Source of the DNA: an uncultured Candidatus Rokubacteria bacterium
GTDB taxonomy: Bacteria; Methylomirabilota; Methylomirabilia; Rokubacteriales; CSP1-6
Length of the DNA: 64,000 nucleotides
Direction: 5' to 3'
Assembly: GCA_963762145.1 (NCBI GenBank)
Contig: CAVXJS010000009.1
Span: 512,001 to 576,000, forward strand
In this document: one piece after another, positions 31,692 to 42,355 of the stretch
Numbering within the stretch: position 1 is the first letter of the stretch
Layout: each line of letters begins with the position of its first letter
Notes under the pieces: generated by a model
Told to the model about the DNA's origin: nothing
The model's database searches: none
What the model saw: the letters and a program-made list of their open reading frames with translations, nothing else
Program-made: the position numbers and the translations under genes

Positions 31692-33813
31692 ATGACCCGA
31701 CCCTCGCGTCTGCCGTTCCTCGCCGTCCGTCGCCGTCCTCCTCACCGCGGGCGCCGTCGGCGCGCAGGCCCCGCCCGCGCCGCCCATCCTCGAGCCGGTG
31801 GTCGTCGAGTCGAGCACCCTGCCGCCCGAGCGCACCCGCACCGAGGAGCAGGCGCGCGAGGAGATCGACCGCACCCCCGGCGGCGTCGCGATCGTCCCGC
31901 AGAAGGCCATCGAGGAGTCGCGCGGCGCCAACCTCAAGGACGTGCTCGACTTCGTGCCCGGCGTGCTGATCCGACCGCGCTTCGGCGCCGCCGACGAGAG
32001 CCAGTTCTCGATCCGCGGCTCGGGCCTGCGCAACAACTTCCACCTGCGCGGCATCAACGTGCTGATCGACGGCTTCCCCTACGGCAACGCCGACGGCTTC
32101 AGCGACTTCGAGTCGCTCGAGCTCCTGACCACCAAGTACATCGAGGTCTTCAAGGGCGCCAACGCGCTCCGCTTCGGCGGCAACACCCTGGGCGGCGCCA
32201 TCAACCTCGTCACCAAGACCGGCTACGACGCCGGCCTCATCGAGAGCCGCGTCGAGGGCGGCTCCTACGGCTTCTTCAAGGGCTACGTCGCCACCGGCCA
32301 GGTGTACGGCCCGCTCGACCTCTACGCGAGCTTCAGCGACACGGAGCTGCAGGGCTACCGGGAGCTACAGCCAGCAGACGCGCTACCGGGCCTTCGGCAC
32401 CGCCGGCTACCAGCTCTCCGGCGGGAGCCACGCTCCGCTTCGACCTCGGCTACGTGCACAACAAGGAGCAGCTCCCCGGCGCGCTCACCCCGGAGCAGTT
32501 CCGGCAGAACCCCCAGCAGCAGAACCCGGCGACCAAGCTTCGCCAAGGAGGCGCGCAACTACGACTACACCCGCGGCGCGCTCACGCTTCCGCACGCCGC
32601 TCGGCGAGAACCAGGCCTTCGAGTGGGCGACCCAGCTCAACTACCAGGACCTGGACCACCCGCTCTCCTTCGCGGTCATCGACGAGACGACCTACAGCTA
32701 CAGCACCGAGCTGCGCTACCTGCGGTCGGCGCCGCTCTTCGGCCGCGGCAACCGCTTCACCGCGGGCTTCCAGTTCTTCGGCACCAGCCAGACCGACGCC
32801 CAGTTCCAGAACGTCAACGGCAACCGCGGCTCCATGGTCAAGAACCAGGTACAACGACGCGCAACACCTACGGGATGTACGCCGAGAACCAGCACGACGT
32901 CGTGCCCACCGTGGCGCTCGTGACCGGCGGGCGGCTGCAGGTCACCGACGATCGCGGTGCGCGACCAGCTACCTGGTCAACGGCAACCAGTCGGACTCGA
33001 CCGGCTTCTTCGGGGCCTCGCCCAAGGTCGGCTTCGTCTGGCGCGCCGCGCCCACCGTGCAGGTCTTCGGCAACGCCAGCCGCGCCTACGAGCCGCCCCT
33101 GCTGCTCGAGCTGACCGCGCCCGGGCAGATCGGGGGCGATCTCTCGCAGCTCGACGCCCAGACGTCCTGGCAGTTCGAGGTCGGCACGCGCGGCCAGTGG
33201 GGGGAGCGGCTCAGCTGGGACTCTCGGTCTACGACATCGAGCTGTGGGACGAGATCCAGAACGTCAACGTCCAGCCCTTCCCCGGCGCCCCGTTCACCAT
33301 CCCCCGCTTCCAGAACATCGACCGCTCGCGCCACACCGGCATCGAGGTGGGCGCCGATCTGCTGCTCGTGAAGGACATCGCGGCCGCGCCTCGGGCTCGG
33401 CCGCCTGGGCGACACCCTCCGGGCGCGCGTGGCCTACACGTGGTCGCGCTTCGTCTTCGTCGACGATCCGGTGTTCAACGACAACGACCTGCCCGGAGCG
33501 CCCGAGCACTTCATCAACACCGAGCTGCGCTACAGCCACAACTCGGGCTTCTGGATCGCGCCGGGCGTCGAGATCGTCCCGCGCGGCTACTTCGTCGACA
33601 GCGCCAACACCACGCGCACGCCGTCCTATACACTGGTCAACGTCAAGATGGGCTTCGACTACAAGCCGTGGAACCTCGGCGTCTTCTTCGAGGGACGGAA
33701 CCTCACCGACAAGAGCTTCGTCTCGGCGGTGGCGGTGGACGACGCCAACCGGAACTACTTCTATCCCGGGCGACGGGCGAGGCTTCTACGGCTCGGTCGC
33801 ATGGAGGTGGTAG
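31692..33813 (+). CDS. TonB-dependent outer-membrane receptor; many indels
   Basis: TonB box EPVVVES, plug (SIRGSG, LIDGFP, IEVFKGANALRFGGNTLGGAINLVT), GRNLTDK, terminal aromatic YGSVAWRW. Confidence 0.9.
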
Positions 33814-33815
33814 CG

Positions 33816-35037
33816 ATGCGCGGACGATTGCTCCCCATCCTGGCGCTGCTGGCGGTGGCCGCCCCCGCCCCCGCGGCCGAGCTCGACCTCGGCCCGCGGC
33901 TCGAGTACAAGCACGTCAGCCGCGGACACGAGTTCCATCTCTCCGGCGCGGCGGTGGCGGCGGGGACGGACGGCAAGCCGCTCGTGACCTGGGCCGCCCA
34001 GGAGGGCCACGCCAACCAGCTCTATCTCCTCCGGATGGGCGACGGGGCCACACCGGTCCGGGTGAACCCGGAGGCGCTCACCGTCGAGGCCCTCCATCAT
34101 CCGCCCCGGCTGGCGGTCGGGGGCGGGCAGGTCTACGTCTCCTGGTCGTCCGGAAAGCCCAAGCCCGAGGGCACGCTCTTCGCCTCCGACCTGCAGCTCT
34201 CCCGATCGGGCGACGGCGGGCGGACCTTCGGAAACCCGCTGCGCGTGAACGAGGACCGGCCGATCTCCCACTCGTTCGACGGTCTCGCCCTCGCGGCCGA
34301 CGGCACCGTCGTGCTGACCTGGATCGACGGGCACGAGGGGCGCAAGGATCCCGCCACCTGGGTCGCGCGCGTCGTCGAGCAGGGCACGCGCGTGGAGGGC
34401 ATCCGCAAGGTCGGCGACGATACCTGCGTGTGCTGCCGCGTGGACGCGGCCACCGGCGCCGGCGACACGGTGGCGCTCACCTGGCGGCGGGTCTTCCCGG
34501 GCGACATCCGCGACATGGTCCTGTCCGTCTCGCGCGATGGCGGGCGCACCTTCGGCGACGCCAAGCTGGTGAGCGCCGATCACTGGAAGATCAACGCCTG
34601 CCCCCACCGCGGCGGCGCGGTGGGCCTGGACGCGAAGGGCCGCGTGTACATGAGCTGGTACACGGAGGGCAGCGACATCCGGCCCGACCTGAAGTTCGCC
34701 ATCTCGATGGACGGGCAGCGCTTCGGGCCGCGCCAAGCGCCTGCACACGTCGGCCACCTCCATTCCCGATCAGGCGCGCATGGCGGTGGACCCGGCGGGC
34801 CGCGCGGTGATCGTGTGGGAGGAGTCCACCGCGGTGCGCCGCCGCATCCTGCTGCGCTACACCCTCGACGCGGGACGGACCTTGAGCCCGATCCGCGTGC
34901 TGTCCACCGCCATCAAGGCCTATGCCCCCGACATCGCCTTCGCGCCCGACGGCGGGTTCCTGGTCGCGTGGCACGAGGAGCAGTTTCCCTTCCTCAAGAC
35001 GGTCGTGCAGCCGGTCCGCCTCCCGAGCGCCCGATGA
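33816..35037 (+). CDS. Secreted BNR/Asp-box (sialidase-like beta-propeller) protein with CxCC and CPH motifs; one indel
   Basis: SGDGGRTF and SRDGGRTF Asp-boxes, TCVCCR, NACPHRGG, signal peptide. Confidence 0.75.
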
Positions 35038-35417
35038 AGCTCGCGGTCCTGGCCGTCCTGGGTATGATCGGGGCATGCCTGGCGGGGCTTCCCGACGCGC
35101 ACGCGCACGCCATCATCCTGGAGTCCGCCCCGCGCCACACCGAATCGCTGGCGAGCCCGAAGCGCCTCGTGCTGCGCTTCAACAGCCGCCTCGAGAAGCC
35201 GCTCTGCTCGGTGCAGCTCATCGGACCGCGCCAGAAGACCATCGCCCTGCTGCGCCAGGAGCCGGATTCCCCGGCCGACACCCTCGCGTACACCCTGCCC
35301 CCGCTCGATCCGGGCGCCTACCAGGCGCGCTGGAAGGTCATGGCCGCCGACGGCCACGTGACGGAGGGCATCGTGCTCTTCACGGTTGCCGGGCCGGAGC
35401 CGACCGGGCCCCGGTGA
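35034..35417 (+). CDS. copC: CopC periplasmic copper-binding protein (1)
   Basis: AHA/HA N-terminal His, LRFN, WKVMAADGH. Confidence 0.88.
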   Translation: MKLAVLAVLGMIGACLAGLPDAHAHAIILESAPRHTESLASPKRLVLRFNSRLEKPLCSVQLIGPRQKTIALLRQEPDSPADTLAYTLPPLDPGAYQARWKVMAADGHVTEGIVLFTVAGPEPTGPR

Positions 35418-35430
35418 GGTGGCGCGCCCC

Positions 35431-35820
35431 ATGACCCGCGCGAGCCGGTGGCGGGGTGGGGCGCTGGCGGTCGCGTGGCTCGCCGCGCTCGCCTGCCCCG
35501 CGCCTCCCGCGGCCGCCCACGCCTCGCTCGTGCGGTCGACGCCCGCGCACCGCGCGGTGCTGGGCCAGATGCCGGAGCGCGTGCAGCTCTGGTTCAACGA
35601 GCGCCTCGAGCCCGCCTACAGCACGGTGTCGGTGTGGAACGAGGCGGGCGCGCAGGTGGACGCGCGCGACGTGGCGGTGGGCCCGGACGATCCGCGGCGG
35701 CTCTCGGTCACGGTGGAGGCGCGCCAGTCCGGCCTCTACACCGTCAAGTACCGCGTCCTCTCGGTGGACGGCCATATCGTCGACAGCCGCTTCTCGTTCA
35801 CGGTGAAAGCGTCACAGTGA
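35431..35820 (+). CDS. copC: CopC periplasmic copper-binding protein (2)
   Basis: AAA/HASLVRSTP, LWFNE, YRVLSVDGH. Confidence 0.9.
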   Translation: MTRASRWRGGALAVAWLAALACPAPPAAAHASLVRSTPAHRAVLGQMPERVQLWFNERLEPAYSTVSVWNEAGAQVDARDVAVGPDDPRRLSVTVEARQSGLYTVKYRVLSVDGHIVDSRFSFTVKASQ

Positions 35821-35832
35821 AAGGACCCGCTC

Positions 35833-36387
35833 ATGACTCGACTCGATAGCCGGATGCGCTCGTTTCTTGTGATCGCGGTCGCCGCCGCCGCGGTGGGCCT
35901 GGGCGCCGCCGCGGGCTGGGAGGCGGTGCGCGCCCAGGGCCACTCCCACGGCCACACCCACGGCGCGGCGGACCCGGGCGGCTGGTACAAGCGCCTGTCG
36001 GCGGACGCCCGCGCCGCCGCCATCGAGCGGCAGTTCGGCGGGTTCGAGACCGCGATGGCCGAGGTGTCCTACCGCTACATCGAGATGTACTTCGGCGCGC
36101 TCGACGGCAACTGGGACTACGCCGGCCACATGGGAGCCACGCTGGCGACCGCGCTCGCCAGCGGACTCGAGCGGCGGCCGGCCCTCCGGAAGAACGCGGA
36201 CGCGCTGTTCCTCAAGGGGCCGTATCCGCAGGTGATGGACGCGATCAAGGCGAAGGACCTCGCCCTGTTCAAGCAGCGGTTCGAGACGATGCGCGCGGCG
36301 TGCACCGCCTGCCACGCGGCGGAGCAGCACGCGTTCATCAAGATCGGCGTGCCCACCGTGCGGCGGAACCCGGTGGTGGCCAACTAG
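35833..36387 (+). CDS. Monoheme c-type cytochrome (cytochrome c'-like, C-terminal CxxCH) with a His-rich N-terminus
   Basis: Signal/TM segment, GHSHGHTH, ACTACH near the C-terminus. Confidence 0.75.
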   Translation: MTRLDSRMRSFLVIAVAAAAVGLGAAAGWEAVRAQGHSHGHTHGAADPGGWYKRLSADARAAAIERQFGGFETAMAEVSYRYIEMYFGALDGNWDYAGHMGATLATALASGLERRPALRKNADALFLKGPYPQVMDAIKAKDLALFKQRFETMRAACTACHAAEQHAFIKIGVPTVRRNPVVAN

Positions 36388-36410
36388 CGTCGCCCCTCCC
36401 GGTTGGACCA

Positions 36411-36445
36411 CCCCTCACCCTGCCCTCTCCCCTGAGGGGAGAGGG
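36411..36445. repeat. REP-like palindromic element between convergent genes
   Basis: cccctcaccctgccctctcccctgaggggagaggg. Confidence 0.85.
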
Positions 36446-36469
36446 AGGGGAGGAGGCGCAGGGCGCGCC

Positions 36470-37663
36470 TTAATACCGGTCGGGGAACTGGGTGACGATG
36501 GCCTCGGCCAGCGGGTCCGCGATCATCTGCATGTGACCCGCGCCGGCGCGCACGGCCGTGTAGGCGCGGCCCTGGTCCTTGGCCGCCTGGGCGTCGATCA
36601 CGTTCTTGAGCGTCACCACGTGGTGCTTGACCAGCTCGGCCACGACCGTCTTCGGCAGGCCCGGATTGGCCGCCGACAGGAAGGCGCCGAAGTCCTGCGT
36701 GTAGCCGATCAGCTCGGTCACCGCCCGGTCCTGCTTGGCGCGGTCACCGGCGGCCGCGCCGACCGTGTAATCCACCACCATGCCGATGTGACGGCGCCAG
36801 AGCGGCAGGAATGCCTGCTCGGCCTCCACGCCGTAGACGGAGCCGATGGCCTTCGAGATCGCGACGGAGTTGGCGTCCAGCGCGCCGGCCGCCGCCTTGA
36901 ACTCCGCGTCCCGGCCGCCCAGCGCCGCGTTCGTGGCGGCGGACGCCAGGTAGACGTGCTCGCGCAGCGCCAGGTTGAGCGCGGTCCGCAGCGACGCGGC
37001 CGACGCGTCGGGCGCGCCCGCGATCTTGTCCGGGAACTGCTTGACGATGGCGCCCGCCAGCGGATCCGCGATCATCTGCATGTGTCCGGCGCCGGTCCGC
37101 AGCGCGGTGAACGCGCGGTCCTGGTCCCGCGCGCTCTGCGCGTCGATCACCGCCTTGAGCGTGAGCACGTGGTGCTTCACGAGATCCGCCACGACGGCCT
37201 TGGGCAGGTTCGGATTCGCTCCGGCGAGGAAGGCCCCGAAGTCCTGCGTGTAGCCCACCAGATCGCTCACCGCCCGATCCTGCTTCGCGCGGTCGCTCGT
37301 CGCCGCGCCCGCCGTGTAGTCCACCACCATGCCGATGTGCTTGCGCCAGAGGGGCAGGAACGCCTTCTCCGCGTCGGGCCCGTACACGGAGCCGATCGCC
37401 CGCGCCACGTCCACCGAGTTGGCGTCGAGCGCCGCGGCGGCGGCCTCGAACTCGGCCTGACGGCCCGCGAGGGCCGCGTTGGTGGCCGCGGCGGCCAGGT
37501 AGACGTGCTCGCCCAGGAGCGCGTTCAGCCCCACGCGGAGGGCCGCGGCGGGCGTGGCGGACGTGGGCGGGTTGAGCCGCGCCGCCCAGACGTCGCCGCC
37601 GCCCATCGCGGTGACCGCGAGCACTGCGAAGCCTCCGATCAGTCGAATCATCGTGCGTTTCAT
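36470..37663 (-). CDS. Secreted protein made of two tandem helical His-rich domains
   Basis: Signal peptide; two closely similar copies of about 175 aa, each with EHVYL, LWRxHI, KHHV and GHM. Confidence 0.8.
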   Translation of the reverse strand: MKRTMIRLIGGFAVLAVTAMGGGDVWAARLNPPTSATPAAALRVGLNALLGEHVYLAAAATNAALAGRQAEFEAAAAALDANSVDVARAIGSVYGPDAEKAFLPLWRKHIGMVVDYTAGAATSDRAKQDRAVSDLVGYTQDFGAFLAGANPNLPKAVVADLVKHHVLTLKAVIDAQSARDQDRAFTALRTGAGHMQMIADPLAGAIVKQFPDKIAGAPDASAASLRTALNLALREHVYLASAATNAALGGRDAEFKAAAGALDANSVAISKAIGSVYGVEAEQAFLPLWRRHIGMVVDYTVGAAAGDRAKQDRAVTELIGYTQDFGAFLSAANPGLPKTVVAELVKHHVVTLKNVIDAQAAKDQGRAYTAVRAGAGHMQMIADPLAEAIVTQFPDRY

Positions 37664-37692
37664 GGCTGTCTCCTTTTCGTGGCTGGGAACGT

Positions 37693-38037
37693 TCACTTCA
37701 CGCGGATCTCGCCGCGCATCGACTGGTGGCGACGGCAGAAGTACGGGTACGCCCCGGGCTCTCCGAGCTGCACGGTGGCGGCGGCGCCCTTGCCGTCGAG
37801 GCGCGCGTCGAAGCGTCCGTCGGGCTGCTCCGGCGTGCCGGAGGTGACGGTGTGGGCGATGTCGTCCTGGTTGGTGAAGCCAACCCGGGCGCCCGCCTTG
37901 ACCTCGATCTGGCCCGGCTTGAACTGGAAGAGCTGGACGCTCACTCCCGATTGCGAGCTGCCCGGCGCGGCCAGGCCGAGGATCACCCCGCCGATCACCA
38001 GGGCCGTCACCATCTTCCGGATTCGCTGCGTCCGCAT
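37693..38037 (-). CDS. Cupredoxin (plastocyanin/azurin-like blue copper protein)
   Basis: Type 1 Cu ligands: AHTV ... YFCRRHQSM. Confidence 0.88.
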   Translation of the reverse strand: MRTQRIRKMVTALVIGGVILGLAAPGSSQSGVSVQLFQFKPGQIEVKAGARVGFTNQDDIAHTVTSGTPEQPDGRFDARLDGKGAAATVQLGEPGAYPYFCRRHQSMRGEIRVK

Positions 38038-38057
38038 CGTGGCCTCCTGCTCACGTC

Positions 38058-38081
38058 TACGCCGGCGCCGGACGTTTGGAT
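38058..38081 (-). promoter_or_regulatory. Putative ECF sigma promoter ATCC-N16-CGTA (cupredoxin)
   Basis: Minus strand aatcc-aaacgtccggcgccgg-cgta; same spacing as the copy at 38799-38822. Confidence 0.55.
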
Positions 38082-38100
38082 TGCGCGGGCGAGCGGGATG

Positions 38101-38141
38101 AAAAACGAACGGCGGCACGGGCGCTTGGGCCCGTGCCGCCG
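38101..38141 (-). terminator. Rho-independent terminator after the fasciclin gene
   Basis: CGGCGGCACGGGC-ccaagc-GCCCGTGCCGCCG stem followed by TTCGTTTTT on the minus strand. Confidence 0.75.
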
Positions 38142-38164
38142 GGGGACGTGACGGCGCGCGGGGG

Positions 38165-38719
38165 CTAGTTGGGCAGCACCACGCGGTCGATCACGTGGAT
38201 CACGCCGTTGGACTGGTAGACGTCGTAGGTCGAGATGCTGGCCACCGCGCCCTTCTCATCCTTGAGCACGATGTTCCGGTCGCCGTTCATCATGGCCCAG
38301 AGCATGCCGCCGCTCGCGGTCCGGAGCGTGGCGGTGCCGTTGCCGGCCTTGATGGCCTTCTGCAGCGCGGCGGCGTCCATCTTGCCGGGCACCACGTGAT
38401 AGGTCAGCACCTTCGCGAGGCCCGCCTTGTTCTCGGGCTTGAGCAGGGTGTCGACCGTGCCCGCGGGCAGCGCCGAGAACGCGGCGTTGGTGGGGGCGAA
38501 GACCGTGAACGGCCCCTGGCTCTTGAGGGTGTCCACCAGGCCGGCCGCCTTGACCGCGGCCACGAGCGTGGTGTGGTCCGCCGAGTTGACGGCGTTGTCC
38601 ACGATGTCCTTGCTCGGGTACATCGCCTGGCCCCCCACCATCGGCTCGCTCTTGGCGAGCGCGGCGGCGGGCAGGACGGCCAGCGCGCTGAGCAGCACGA
38701 ACGCGATTGTCCGCTTCAT
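38165..38719 (-). CDS. Fasciclin (FAS1) domain protein
   Basis: TLVAAVKAAGLVDTL, PFTVFAPTNAAF, LTYHVV, SNGVIHVIDRV. Confidence 0.93.
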   Translation of the reverse strand: MKRTIAFVLLSALAVLPAAALAKSEPMVGGQAMYPSKDIVDNAVNSADHTTLVAAVKAAGLVDTLKSQGPFTVFAPTNAAFSALPAGTVDTLLKPENKAGLAKVLTYHVVPGKMDAAALQKAIKAGNGTATLRTASGGMLWAMMNGDRNIVLKDEKGAVASISTYDVYQSNGVIHVIDRVVLPN

Positions 38720-38798
38720 ATCGTCCCATCCTTTCCGGCTAGGGTTGCCCGGGATGGAGGGGGCGACGGGCGCCCCGCTCTCCGGGTTCACCCTGAAG

Positions 38799-38822
38799 TA
38801 CGGCCGGGAGACCCCGGCGGAT
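38799..38822 (-). promoter_or_regulatory. Putative ECF sigma promoter ATCC-N16-CGTA (fasciclin)
   Basis: Minus strand gatcc-gccggggtctcccggc-cgta. Confidence 0.55.
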
Positions 38823-38836
38823 CTACGGGGAGGGAT

Positions 38837-39334
38837 CTAGGTGGAGCGGTAGTTCGTGAACTGGAGCGCGATGCCGAGGTCCTTGCCCTTGAGCAGCGCG
38901 ATGACCGCCTGCAGGTCGTCGCGGTTCTTGCCCGCGACGCGCACCTGCTTCTCCTGGATGGAGGCCTGGACTCGGATCTTGGAGTCCTTGATCAGGCGCA
39001 CGATCTCCTTGGCCTTCTCCATCGGCACCCCGTCCTGCAGCGTGATCTTCTGGCGCACCAGCCCGCCGCCCGCCGGCTCCGGGTCGTTGATGGTGAGGGC
39101 CTTGAGGTCGATGCCGCGGCGGTGGAGCTTGGACTGCAGGATGTCCAGCACCGCCTTGACCTTCATGTCGTCGGTGGAAGAGATCGTGATGTCCATCTTC
39201 TCGATCTCGATCTCGTTCTTCGCGCCCTTGAGATCGTAGCGGGTCGCGATGTCGCGGCGGGCCTGATCGATCGCGTTGGTGACCTCCTGCATGTCGATCT
39301 TGCAGGCGACGTCGAAGCTGTTCTCGGCGGCCAT
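38837..39334 (-). CDS. yajQ: YajQ-family nucleotide/c-di-GMP-binding protein
   Basis: SFDV, EVTNAIDQA, RYDLKG, QVRVAGKNRDDLQ, QFTNYR. Confidence 0.93.
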   Translation of the reverse strand: MAAENSFDVACKIDMQEVTNAIDQARRDIATRYDLKGAKNEIEIEKMDITISSTDDMKVKAVLDILQSKLHRRGIDLKALTINDPEPAGGGLVRQKITLQDGVPMEKAKEIVRLIKDSKIRVQASIQEKQVRVAGKNRDDLQAVIALLKGKDLGIALQFTNYRST

Positions 39335-39348
39335 GGCGAGGTCCTCGG

Positions 39349-40000
39349 CTAGCGCGGGTCGAGCGGCACCACCGCCGCGTCCTTCGGCGGCGTGAAGACG
39401 AAGAGCGTGTCGCTGAGCCCCGGATTGATGGTGACCCGGTTGAAGGTCATGGTGACCGTGTTCTGGAACTGGTCGTAGAGCACCGCCTGGCGGACCACGT
39501 AGTCCTTCGGATCCACCGTGATCACCAGGCGCGTGAGGAGCGGGGTCGGCTGCTTGGGCGTGAGATCGAGCACCGGCCGGCCGGTGCCGTCGCGCGGGCT
39601 CGCCGGATTGAGGAAGCGCACCGCGAACTCCTCGCGCAGCTTGCCCAGGCCCGGAGAGGAAGCTGCCCGCGGGGCCCGCGAGGGCCTTGGGCGCATTGCC
39701 CTTGTTCACCTGGTTCAGCTCGGGCGTGTACACCCAGAGCGAGGTGCCGTCGGAGACGATCTGCTGCGGCGCCGGCGCCTTGTAGTCCCAGCGCATCTTG
39801 CCGCCCTTCTTGAGCAGCACGGTGCCCTCGGCCTTGATGTCCTGGCCGAGGCTCTGGTTGCGCGCGGTCTGGGTGAACTCGGCGCGAAGGTCCACGATCT
39901 TGCCGTAGGTGGCCTCGACGCCGTTCACCACCTCGTCGAGGGTCTGGGCCGTCGCGGAGAGCGGCACGAGGAGGAGGAAAACGAGAGCGAGGATGAACAC
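39349..40000 (-). CDS. lolA: Outer-membrane lipoprotein carrier LolA; one indel
   Basis: AEFTQ, GKMRWDY, QIVSDG..LWVYTPELNQV, LFVFTPP; downstream of ftsK. Confidence 0.85.
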
Positions 40001-40003
40001 CGC

Positions 40004-40085
40004 CCCCTCACCCTGCCCTCTCCCCCTTCGGGGGCGAGGGTAGATGGCTCCCTCTCCCCTCTGGGGAGAGGGCCGGGCTGAGGGG
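40004..40085. repeat. Inverted pair of REP-like elements (BIME-like)
   Basis: cccctcaccctgccctctcccccttcgggggcgaggg followed by a reverse-oriented ccctctcccctctggggagagggccgggctgagggg. Confidence 0.85.
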
Positions 40086-40100
40086 CGGGGTCGCGCGCAT

Positions 40101-42355
40101 CTACTTTCCCCTCTTTTGCAGGTACTCGGGGCCGACGAGGATCTCGCGCGGCTTGGCGCCGTGGCCGGGGCCGATGACGCGGTCCTGCTCCATCATGTCG
40201 ATGAAGCGCGCGGCCTTCGGATAGCCGAGCCCGAGCCGCCGCTGCAGGAACGAGATGGACGCGGCCCGCTGCGCGATCACCAGGTTCACCGCGTCCCAGT
40301 AGATGTCGTCGCGGTCCTCCCCGTTGCCGCCCGGCCCGGCCTCGTCGGACGGCAGCTCCACCGTCTCGTAGACCGCCGAGCCCTGCGTGCGCAGGAACTC
40401 GCACATCGCCTTCACTTCCTTGTCCGAGACCCAGGAGCCGTGCACGCGCATCTGCCGGCTCGCGCCCGGCGGCACGAAGATCATGTCGCCGCGGCCCAGG
40501 AGCTGCTCGGCCCCGTTGCCGTCGAGCACGGTGCGCGAGTCGACCTTCGACGCCACCTGGAAGGCGATGCGCGTCGGGAAGTTGGCCTTGATCAGGCCGG
40601 TCACCACGTCCACCGACGGCCGCTGGGTCGCGACTGATCAAATGGATTCCTACCGCCCTCGCGATCTGGGCCAGGCGGATCAGCGAGTTCTGGACCTCGC
40701 CGGCCGAGACCATCATGAGGTCGGCCAGCTCGTCCACCACCACCACCCAGTAGGGCAGGCGCTCTTCCGGCGGCACTTCCTTGTTGTAGCCCTCGATGTT
40801 GCGCACCGCCTTCGCCTGGAGCTGCTTGTAGCGGGCGTCCATCTTGCCCACGATCCACTTGAGCCGCGCGGAGGCCTCCTTCGCGTCGGTGACGACCGGC
40901 GCGAGCAGGTGCGGGATCTTCTCGTAGATGCCGAGCTCGAGGCGCTTCGGGTCGATCAGGAGGAACCGGACGTCCGCCGGCGTGGCCTTGTAGAGCAGCG
41001 AGCAGATCATGGTGTTGAGGCCGACCGACTTGCCGCTGCCGGTGGAGCCCGCGATGAGCAGGTGCGGCATGGCAGCCAGATCCGCGACCACCGGGTTGCC
41101 GGTGGTGTCCTTGCCGAGCGCCAGCGGGAGCTTCCCCTTGGTCGAGACGAACTCCGGGCTCACCAGGATCTCGCGCAGGTACACCGTCGCGGTCTCCGGG
41201 TTCGGCACCTCGACCGCCACCGTGCCGCGCCCGGGAATCGGCCCGATGATGCGCACCGCCGCCACCTTCATGGCCAGGGCCAGGTCGTCGGCCAGGTTCA
41301 CCACCTGGCTCACCTTGACGCCCGCCGCCGGCTCGAACTCGTACGACGTGATGACCGGGCCCGGGCTCGCCTGCACGATGTGGCCGTCCACCCCGAAGTC
41401 GTGGAGCTTCTTCTTGAGCGTCTGCGCGTTGCCTTCCAGCTCCTCGCGCGTGCGCTGGAGCGACGAGGCCGGCGGGGCCGCGAGCAGGCCGACCGCGGGC
41501 AGCTTGAACGCCTCCGCGCCGCCCTTGCCGAAGTCGAACGTCTCCTGCCAGGCGAGGCCCTTGTCCGAGAGCCCCGACTTCACCTTCGGCTGCTCCTTCA
41601 CCACGAACGGCGGCGGCGCGGCCGGCTGATCCGCCGGCCAGCCGCCCGGCGGCACCGCGGCGACCAGCGGCAGGTCGGCCGTCGCCGGGCTGCCGCGCTG
41701 GCTCTTCTTGCCCTCCGGCCGCCGCCCGCGGCCGAAGCGCGCCCGCAGCGTGCGCGAGAGCACGCTGTACGGGATGCGCGTGACGAAGAGCACGCCGAGC
41801 GGGATGAGCGCGAGCAGGATGATCCAGGTGCCCACCGTGCCGATCGAGACCATGAGCCCCTCGGACACCGCCCAGCCCACCACGCCGCCCTTGTGCAGCC
41901 GGTACTCGGCCAGGGTGTCGGAGGCGCGCGCCAGGATGCCGGTGGCGCTCACCAGCAGGATGAGGAGCCCGACTCCAGCCTGCCAGCCGTGGGCCACGCG
42001 CGGCCGCACGAAGGCGGAGACGCCGTAGAGCGCGAGGAGCACCGGGAAGAGATAGCCCGGCGTAGCCGAAGGCCTGGAAGGAGCCCCAGCCGAGCCACGC
42101 TCCGACCGGGCCCACCGGGCTCGACTGATCGAGGGGATGCACCATGGGGTCGTAGGCGTAGAGGGCCACGAAGCCGAAGCCGGACAGGGCGAGGGCCAGG
42201 ATGCCCTTGGCCTCGCGCACCCAGCGGCCGGGCTCGGTCTTGCCCGGCCGCGGCCGGCGGCGGGCTCCGTCGCGCGGCGCCTCGCGCGGACCGTGACCGT
42301 TCGCGCCGGACGCCTTCTCGGGCAGGATCTTCTCGATCGTCGACTTCTCCGCCAT
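40101..42355 (-). CDS. ftsK: DNA translocase FtsK; indels
   Basis: N-terminal TM segments, PHLLIAGSTGSGKS, IDPKRLEL, VDELADLM, KANFPTRIAFQV, gamma domain SFLQRRL. Confidence 0.95.

Noticed and set aside
33429-35417. 662-aa ORF joining the TBDR end, the BNR protein and CopC
   Set aside because: This is an indel artefact; each protein has its own start, signal peptide and stop.
38837-40000. 387-aa ORF suggesting a LolA-YajQ fusion
   Set aside because: An indel near 39655 causes this; the LolA C-terminus ends at 39349 and YajQ has its own ATG at 39334.
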